A stretch of DNA of 51,908 nt. It comes from Basidiobolus meristosporus CBS 931.73. Its lineage: Eukaryota; Fungi; Basidiobolomycota. Positions 45,680 through 51,908 of this stretch are shown here, in pieces (position 1 is the stretch's first letter; each line of letters opens with the position of its first letter). The notes below the pieces were generated by a model. The model was given only the letters and a program-made list of their open reading frames with translations. It searched no databases and was not told the origin of the DNA. The stretch spans positions 1 through 51,908 of the forward strand of contig MCFE01000625.1 in assembly GCA_002104905.1 (NCBI GenBank). Direction: 5' to 3'. Made by a program: the position numbers and the translations under genes.

Positions 45680-48433
45680 CTACTGTTGTAGCTTTGATAC
45701 AAGAGTGTGTAGCTGAGGGGAATTTGTAGGTAAGTTAATAAGAAGTGATGATAGTTCTTCAGTGCTCAAGACACTGTTCAGTGGGAAGGGGGGTAGCAAG
45801 AGAGGTAAGAATGACTTGTGAACAACATTAATGAGGGGAATGTGATAAGGATTGATATTCATCATAAAGGGAGTGTGCTGCTGCAGATATTGCTGCCAAA
45901 GGTCTGTCAAGTACTTCAGGTAGGCCAGCTTGGGTTTTTCTGACTGCAGAATATAGTGTGCAAACTTCTTGACTTCAGGATCTCCAAGTATAGTTCTCCA
46001 GCAGGAGTCAGGTGTTGTGTGGTGTGTTCTCTTCCAGGCCTTAATCAGTGGGTTGTTGCAGTTGTGAAGTCTGAGGTATAATCTGGTTCTAAGGTAGAGA
46101 AGTCTGATCTTATAGGGCATAAACCCAAAAGCACCAAGAATAGCATGTCTGTAGGGGCATTCAGGCAAATGAGGCACCAAGGAGGTAATGCACCATACTG
46201 CAAACTTGTCAAGCTTAGTGCAGTCTCTAGAAGTAAGAGAGAGAAGTGGTAAGCCAAATTCCAGGACAGGGAAGACAAACTGCTTAAGTAGAAGGAGGCA
46301 GCTGGGAGCTGAAGTTGTAGGAGGAGTAACAGCCAGTAGCTTGTGGAGTGCCTGTCTTGCCAGGATAATTCTCTTCTTCAGGTGTGCTCCAGAGTCTAGT
46401 CCAGTAGGAAGGAAAGGAAAGCCAAGATATGTAGCAGAAACCTGAGCAGGTAGAGTGGAGTTCTGCAAGTTGATGGGAGAGCCCAAAGGTACTGTCTTTG
46501 CAATGGAAAGCTGGAGATTATTCTTCTGCAGATACTGGTGGATGGTCTGGGAGTCTTGTTGTACATTGGAGGAGGATATTCTGATGTCATCAGCAAAGAG
46601 AGTAACCAGGCAGTCAGCTGAGAGTCTTGGGAAATCATTCAGGAAGATGGCAAACAGTATAGGACCAAGCACAGAGCCTTGAACCACTCCATTAGGAACT
46701 GAGAACACAGCTGATTGCTCACTTGGGTGCAGAATTCTTGCTTGTGGATCCAGAAACAGAGACCTGACAAGGAGGGTGAGAGAGGTAGTGGAGAAGCATT
46801 GCAACTTGGACCAAAGCAGATTTCTGTCAACTGAATCAAAGGCCTTAGTAATATCAAACAGAACAGAGGGATACTTGCACTGGAGAGAGTGATCTTGGCT
46901 AAGTATGACTGCATATTCCAAGGAGAGGCCAGGAACAAAGCCAAACTGTGCAGGATGAAACTTGAGGGAGTCAGAGTAGAGCTCCTGAGCAAGCAGAAGC
47001 TCAAACACCTTTCTGCAGGTGGGCAGCAGAGATATTGGCCTGTAGGAGCTAGGATCCAGGTGCTTTCCTTTACCCTTGTACAGTGGCAGAACATTTGCAA
47101 AGGACCATTCCTCAGGAGTAGAAAGCTGGGCTGAGCATTGCTGAAACAGTGGAAGCAGAAGTGCAGACATGGCCTTGGTACTAGTCTTCAGAAGCTCATA
47201 GGAGATTGTGTCCACACCTGGAGCAGTAGAGTTGGGAAGCCTCTTGAGCACATTATGGATTCTCCTTTGATCAAGTGCAAGTGGGATGGGCAGAGTCTTG
47301 AAGTCAGGATGAAAGCCAGGAGTTGAGTACTGCTTTGTAGAGAAGAAGATGTTAGCCAGCTGTTCTGTTGAAGGTAACTTCCTGGAAGAGGGCCTCATTG
47401 CCCTGTAGAGTCTTGATACTGTTCTTGTTATAGAGTTGGAAGATTGCAGAGGCAAGGAACTCATAATATGATCCCAGAGCTGAGTATGCAGAGTGTGGTG
47501 AATTGCCTTGGAGTGGTGTATTGCTGTCAGGAGGAGTTTCTCTGTTTTTGGGTTAGGGAAACTCAGGTAGCTTTGTTGCAGGGCTGAAACAATGGATTCC
47601 CATTTTCTTGAGGTAACAGCAGTAGTCTTGCATGGCAGTGAGAGGGAGGCAGACACCAGAATCAGATGCTTCACAAAGAGCCAGGCATAGTTGAGATCAT
47701 CTGGCAGAGAAAGTAGCAAACTGGCAAGCTTCAAGTAGTTCCCAAAGTCTTTCTTCTGATTCTTGGTAGCTTTGTGGGTGAGCACAGTAAGTTTTGGCAG
47801 CTTCTTCTTCACAACTGGTTGCATAGAAAGGGACCAGGCTGGGTGGTCAGAGGCTCTCAAGGATCCTAGCTCAGCTCCAGAGAATTGCTTAACTTCATTC
47901 ACAAAGTAGAGGGCAGCAGCAGAAGGGCAGATCCAGTCAACACATCTTTTCTCAGATTGAGCACCTAGTGCTAGCAGGTGGCTTTCTCTCAGGAAGTTCA
48001 GTAGGAATGTAGACCTTGGCTTCATTCTTGCAGTCAGAGTAGTCTTGTTCTCAGGATGGGGAATGTTGAGATCTCCAAGCAAGATAACAGGTGTTGATAT
48101 AGATTGTTGGTATTGCTGAACCTTCTGGCATATAACTTGCACTTCCTGAAGGGCAAGACTTGGAGGCAGATAGCAGAGCACCAGACTGATAGTTGGCAAC
48201 TGGAGAGCAGCACAGTAAGGGGAGTAAAGAGGAACACAGAGCTGAGGAGTATTGATGGTAGAAGAGATGAAGCAGATAGAGGAGGTATTCTTTGTTCTAG
48301 GAGTAGAAAAGCAATATAGATTAGTCAAAAGTATAGAGGGTAGCTGGACATCAATCAAACACAGGAGGGAAAATCTTGAAAGAAGTCTCTCTAGAGTTGG
48401 TCTTGATGGCTGTATGCTGTTGCAGTTAAGCAA
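45680..48433 (-). CDS. ORF2/pol: apurinic-type endonuclease plus non-LTR reverse transcriptase (917 aa, no initiating ATG)
   Basis: APE: LLNCNS, CYLPP, LLGDLN, CVDW, ASDH. RT: APGVDTI, SYRPISLLPTCRKVFE, QFGFVPG, LFDITKAFDSVD, GVVQGSVLGPILF, LFADDI, TYLGF. No C-terminal CCHC seen. Confidence 0.96.
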   Translation of the reverse strand: MLNCNSIQPSRPTLERLLSRFSLLCLIDVQLPSILLTNLYCFSTPRTKNTSSICFISSTINTPQLCVPLYSPYCAALQLPTISLVLCYLPPSLALQEVQVICQKVQQYQQSISTPVILLGDLNIPHPENKTTLTARMKPRSTFLLNFLRESHLLALGAQSEKRCVDWICPSAAALYFVNEVKQFSGAELGSLRASDHPAWSLSMQPVVKKKLPKLTVLTHKATKNQKKDFGNYLKLASLLLSLPDDLNYAWLFVKHLILVSASLSLPCKTTAVTSRKWESIVSALQQSYLSFPNPKTEKLLLTAIHHSKAIHHTLHTQLWDHIMSSLPLQSSNSITRTVSRLYRAMRPSSRKLPSTEQLANIFFSTKQYSTPGFHPDFKTLPIPLALDQRRIHNVLKRLPNSTAPGVDTISYELLKTSTKAMSALLLPLFQQCSAQLSTPEEWSFANVLPLYKGKGKHLDPSSYRPISLLPTCRKVFELLLAQELYSDSLKFHPAQFGFVPGLSLEYAVILSQDHSLQCKYPSVLFDITKAFDSVDRNLLWSKLQCFSTTSLTLLVRSLFLDPQARILHPSEQSAVFSVPNGVVQGSVLGPILFAIFLNDFPRLSADCLVTLFADDIRISSSNVQQDSQTIHQYLQKNNLQLSIAKTVPLGSPINLQNSTLPAQVSATYLGFPFLPTGLDSGAHLKKRIILARQALHKLLAVTPPTTSAPSCLLLLKQFVFPVLEFGLPLLSLTSRDCTKLDKFAVWCITSLVPHLPECPYRHAILGAFGFMPYKIRLLYLRTRLYLRLHNCNNPLIKAWKRTHHTTPDSCWRTILGDPEVKKFAHYILQSEKPKLAYLKYLTDLWQQYLQQHTPFMMNINPYHIPLINVVHKSFLPLLLPPFPLNSVLSTEELSSLLINLPTNSPQLHTLVSKLQQ

Positions 48434-48448
48434 CAGAACTTCAGGTAG

Positions 48449-49210
48449 TCAGGCAGAGGTTGTAGCTTCTTCAGAGGCAGCATTGACAATGTGACCTGCA
48501 GAGTCCCAGAGCTCTTCAAATGGTGCATCACTTAAGTCAGCAAGGAGGGAAATGGCATGATTCTTGAGGAAGTATGCCACATCATAGGAGGGGGCTTGTC
48601 TCTTGATGGCAGCAAAGAAAGACAGAATGGCAACATGGGCTGGAGGCTTGTTGAACAGTAGAGAGTCAGAGGATTCAGATTCTTCAGGCACTATCTTGAA
48701 GTCAGTTTTCAGCCAGTTAAGGTTCTTCTCCACAAAGGCAACAAATGGGTCAGCAATGTTTTGGTCTAGGATAACCTCCAGAATCTTCCCTTTTCTCCAG
48801 GCCAGGTTGACAATTCTTGAGAGCTGAATATTGCATGCCTTGAGTGCTTTCCTGATGTTGGAAATGGGAGTCCAGGGAACTTGCTTCAAGTACACCACAG
48901 TCCAGGTAGAAGCTGGTGGTAGGTTTGCTGGGGGCTTGTAAGTCCTTCTGTGTTGCAATGGAGCTGCAGTAGTCAGATTGGAGTCCACATTCTCAGTAGA
49001 AGGTTTTCTTGATGTGTCTTGCTGAATAGTACTGGAGCTGGATGTGCTGATAATTCTTGCTAGAACCTTGCCTGCATAAGTCTGAGGTATAGCTGAGGTG
49101 ACTGTAGAGGTGGTGGCAGCTGGTGCAGGTGGAGAGGCAGAGACTGAAGCAGGAACTGAGGTCACCTGGGAGAAGGCAGTAGGAAGCAGGTTTTCTGGGA
49201 GGAACAGAGT
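48449..49210 (-). CDS. ORF1 C-terminal segment (ORF1b) of the LINE
   Basis: Open frame from just after a TGA at about 49213 to TGA 48449. Homologous to the C-terminal domain of the type B ORF. Has no own ATG (track start is GTG). Confidence 0.75.
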   Translation of the reverse strand, partial: TLFLPENLLPTAFSQVTSVPASVSASPPAPAATTSTVTSAIPQTYAGKVLARIISTSSSSTIQQDTSRKPSTENVDSNLTTAAPLQHRRTYKPPANLPPASTWTVVYLKQVPWTPISNIRKALKACNIQLSRIVNLAWRKGKILEVILDQNIADPFVAFVEKNLNWLKTDFKIVPEESESSDSLLFNKPPAHVAILSFFAAIKRQAPSYDVAYFLKNHAISLLADLSDAPFEELWDSAGHIVNAASEEATTSA

Positions 49211-49958
49211 TCACTATCCAGTTGTTCTGTAAAACACTGGAGTAGCTTTTCTGTGGAACAGGATCTTGCTCTTGAACAGGAACAGAAGCAGGAGGCTGGG
49301 GCTGAGCAGTAGTGGTAAGGCAGTGGCACTCCAAGGAAGCTTTTTGCAAGGCATCTCTGGCAGTTTTCAGGGCAGTATTGGCTTCATTCTTGAGCTTCTT
49401 GCATTGGGCATCCAGTCTCTTGTTTTCAATAGCCAGGGCAGTATTGGCAGCCTCTAAATCAGCAATTCTCTTCTCAATTGCAAGGAATCTCTGAAGAAAT
49501 GCATCAGTAGAAGTGCTGGCATCTGGGAGAGCAGTGGCAGGAATAGAGTCCATTGACAGTGGGCTTCTTGGAGGCAAGGAAAGTGGACTGGCAGATTCAG
49601 GCACAAAAGGAGATATCCTGGCAGGAGGAGAAGGAGTATCCAAGGCAGTAACAGAGGCAATTCTTGTTGGTGAAGCAGCAGCAGGGGAGGCAAGCCTGTT
49701 CAGAAACTGGGCAGGAGAGAGTGCTTGAGGAGAGGGAGTCTTCAGCTTGCCAAGCATGTCTTCCATCAGAGTGATACCAATATTCCTGGTGCATTTGCAG
49801 AGAAAAGTAAGCTTCCTGAGTCTGCCAGCTCTTCCATTCCTTCTGATAGTTCCTTTGTTTCCACAGTTGGGGCAAGAAATCTTCTTGACAGACTTGTCAA
49901 AGCAATCAAGAACCTTCCTTTCAGGTGTAGTGGGCTCCTGTTGAGGTTTTGGTGGCAT
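48993..49958 (-). CDS. ORF1 N-terminal segment (ORF1a): Zn-ribbon-like CxxC...CxC, Pro/Ser-rich linker, coiled coil
   Basis: ATG at 49958 (MPPKPQQ). CPNCGNKGTIRRNG...FLCKC, then heptad-rich FLAIEKRIADLEAANTALAIENKRLDAQCKKLK, then SYSSVLQN. Confidence 0.75.
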   Translation of the reverse strand: MPPKPQQEPTTPERKVLDCFDKSVKKISCPNCGNKGTIRRNGRAGRLRKLTFLCKCTRNIGITLMEDMLGKLKTPSPQALSPAQFLNRLASPAAASPTRIASVTALDTPSPPARISPFVPESASPLSLPPRSPLSMDSIPATALPDASTSTDAFLQRFLAIEKRIADLEAANTALAIENKRLDAQCKKLKNEANTALKTARDALQKASLECHCLTTTAQPQPPASVPVQEQDPVPQKSYSSVLQNNWIVNSVPPRKPASYCLLPGDLSSCFSLCLSTCTSCHHLYSHLSYTSDLCRQGSSKNYQHIQLQYYSARHIKKTFY

Positions 49959-50041
49959 ATCCAGAGTTTCAGCTTCAAATTTCAATTTTTGAGATTTTTG
50001 GGTGATTTTTGATGGGCGGGATCAAAATTAGGGTTAGGGTT

Positions 50042-50282
50042 GCGCGCTGTGACTGCTTTTTACGATCGCAAGGTCAGATCCTAGGAAAAAATAAAAATAG
50101 TTAGTAAAGGTGATTTAATGGATGGATGGATGGATTCGGAGTCAGATTCAATCAAAAAATCAAATCGTTGACTAATTTAAAGAGGAAAAAATAAAAATAG
50201 TTAGTAAAGGTGATTTAATGGATGGATGGATGGATTCGGAGTCAGATTCAATCAAAAAATCAAATCGTTGACTAATTTAAAG
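50042..50282. repeat. Block with two tandem 100-bp units (50083-50182, 50183-50282), directly upstream of the LINE
   Basis: Units read as identical. The first 41 nt contain several CpGs. Bounded by telomeric repeats on both sides but lacks the shared 3' module. Confidence 0.85.
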
Positions 50283-50292
50283 AGGGTTAGGG

Positions 50293-50814
50293 GGAGGAAA
50301 GTCACCAAGTGGTGAAATCTTTATTTACTTATGACAAGTATCTAAAGAAGCCAAGTTAATCTGAAGTTATTCCTAGAAAGCTAGGTCTGAGAGATATCTT
50401 CCTGGTAAGCCAGGTCTGAGAGTTGAGAAGCTGAGTGGTACTATATTTCCTAGTTAGCTAGGTCTGAGAGAGGTTTCCTGGAAAGCCAGGCCTGAGAAGT
50501 GAGAATCTGAATATATCTGAGCTAAGTTATACTGGTTTGCGATAGCTGAATTGTGGCCGGAATGGCCAGTAGACTAGGGGGAACTGAGATGAATTTCTGG
50601 GCGATCACTGGCCAAATTTACTAGGCAAATCTGACCAATTAGCATTTCAAGGATTTCAGCCAATCAGAGCCTTTACTTTGCCCGATGGTTGATCAAGCCA
50701 TCTCCCAATGAGCACACATCAATTTATTGATCAAATTTTGCTGGATCCAGGATTTGAACCCACAACCATGGGTATGGAAGGGTTAGGGATAACCACAAGG
50801 CTAAGTGTTCTTGG
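50293..50814 (-). mobile_element. Type C element, copy 2
   Basis: About 95 percent identical to copy 1 by eye. Single TTAGGG spacers at 50287-50292 and 50815-50820. Confidence 0.85.
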
Positions 50815-50820
50815 TTAGGG

Positions 50821-51343
50821 GGGAGGAAAGTCACCAAGTGGTGAAATCTTTATTTACTTATGACAAGTATCTAAAGAAGCCAAGTTAATCTGAAGTTATT
50901 CCTAGAAAGCTAGGTCTGAGAGATATCTTCCTGGTAAGCCAGGTCTGAGAGTTGAGAAGCTGAGTGGTACTATATTTCCTAGTTAGCTAGGTCTGAGAGA
51001 GGTTTCCTGGAAAGCCAGGCCTGAGAAGTGAGAATCTGAATATATCTGAGCTAAGTTATACTGGTTTGCGATAGCTGAATTGTGGCCGGAATGGCCAGTA
51101 GACTAGGGGGAACTGAGATGAATTTCTGGGCGATCACTGGCCAAATTTACTAGGCAAATCTGACCAATTAGCATTTCAAGGATTTCAGCCAATCAGAGCC
51201 TTTACTTTGCCCGATGGTTGATCAAGCCATCTCCCAATGAGCACACATCAATTTATTGATCAAATTTTGCTGGATCCAGGATTTGAACCCACAACCATGG
51301 GTATGGAAGGGTTAGGGATAACCACAAGGCTAAGTGTTCTTGG
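50821..51343 (-). mobile_element. Type C element, copy 3
   Basis: Appears identical to copy 2. Followed by TTAGGG GAGGG TTAGGG (51344-51360). Confidence 0.85.
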
Positions 51344-51360
51344 TTAGGGGAGGGTTAGGG

Positions 51361-51684
51361 GGAGGAAAGTCACCAAGTGGTGAAATCTTTATTTACTTAT
51401 GACAAGTATCTAAAGAAGCCAAGTTAATCTGAAGTTATTCCTAGAAAGCTAGGTCTGAGAGATATCTTCCTGGTAAGCCAGGTCTGAGAGTTGAGAAGCT
51501 GAGTGGTACTATAGTTCCTAGTTAGCTAGGTCTGAGAGTGGTTTCCTGGAAAGCCAGGCCTGAGAAGTGAGAATCTGAATATATCTGAACTAAGTTATAC
51601 TGGTTTGCGGTAGCTCAATTGTGGCCGGAATGGCCAGTAGACTGGGGGAACTGAGAGGAATTTCTGGGCGATCACTGGCCAAAT
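51361..51684 (-). mobile_element. Type C element, copy 4, 5'-truncated and capped by the telomere
   Basis: Matches the first about 325 nt of the unit, then switches at GGCCAAAT-TTAGGG into pure telomeric repeat. Confidence 0.87.
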
Positions 51685-51908
51685 TTAGGGTTAGGGTTAG
51701 GGTTAGGGTTAGGGTTAGGGTTAGGGTTAGGGTTAGGGTTAGGGTTAGGGTTAGGGTTAGGGTTAGGGTTAGGGTTAGGGTTAGGGTTAGGGTTAGGGTT
51801 AGGGTTAGGGTTAGGGTTAGGGTTAGGGTTAGGGTTAGGGTTAGGGTTAGGGTTAGGGTTAGGGTTAGGGTTAGGGTTAGGGTTAGGGTTAGGGTTAGGG
51901 TTAGGGTT
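51685..51908 (+). repeat. Telomere, (TTAGGG)n, about 37 repeats to the end of the window
   Basis: Uninterrupted TTAGGG array, with the G-rich strand running 5'-3' toward the end. Confidence 0.99.

Larger units (their letters stand above)
45623..50027 (-). mobile_element. Full-length telomere-associated non-LTR (LINE-type, APE-RT) retrotransposon
   Basis: Flanked by TTAGGGTTAGGG (45611-45622) and TTAGGGTTAGGGTT (50028-50041). Encodes ORF1 (two segments) and an APE-RT ORF. 3' UTR about 57 nt. No LTRs and no poly(A) tail. Confidence 0.93.

Noticed and set aside
45680-48433. Penelope-like (Athena/Coprina) or MoTeR identity for the telomeric RT
   Set aside because: The N-terminal APE motifs and LINE-type RT motifs do not fit endonuclease-less PLEs, and I see no C-terminal restriction-like endonuclease as in MoTeR1.
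50293-51684. CRISPR-like array or simple satellite
   Set aside because: Units are about 530 bp with no unique spacers, in a eukaryotic context, and they share retroelement termini.

Overview
This window is the right end of a fungal chromosome, terminating in about 37 TTAGGG repeats (51685-51908). Short GT-AG introns, a GET1/CDS1/TGL/NRPS-like gene set and TTAGGG point to a fungus, possibly an early-diverging lineage (inference only). Zones from left to right: (1) 1-1.9 kb, Ty1/Copia relic with LTR. (2) 3.8-18.3 kb, mostly intron-bearing genes (HSF-type TF, TGL-type patatin lipase, PPWD1 cyclophilin, GET1, CDS1) plus PPE1 and an intronless stand-alone nitrate reductase. (3) 18.7-32.1 kb, accessory genes: a subtilisin, two tandem A-T-T-R NRPS-like reductases sharing a near-identical 1.7 kb tract, and an intronless class I hyaluronan-synthase-like gene. 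(4) 33-43 kb, CpG-poor repeat graveyard with a nest of solo LTRs and one small secreted 8-Cys protein gene. (5) 43.0-51.7 kb, the main discovery candidate: a head-to-tail array of seven retroelement units, all on the minus strand with 3' ends toward the centromere, separated by only 1-2.5 TTAGGG repeats. It holds one full-length APE-RT non-LTR retrotransposon, two ORF1-only non-autonomous elements and four copies of a non-coding element with a tRNA-like head (SINE-like). All seven share one 3' terminal module (AAUAAA, UCACC-loop-GGUGA hairpin, C-tract). The pol ORF has no AUG ahead of its endonuclease domain and follows ORF1 in frame after a single UGA-CUA, a known readthrough context. The autonomous element appears to have no CpG over about 4.3 kb yet has intact ORFs. 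All alignments and counts were done by eye; no searches were run.
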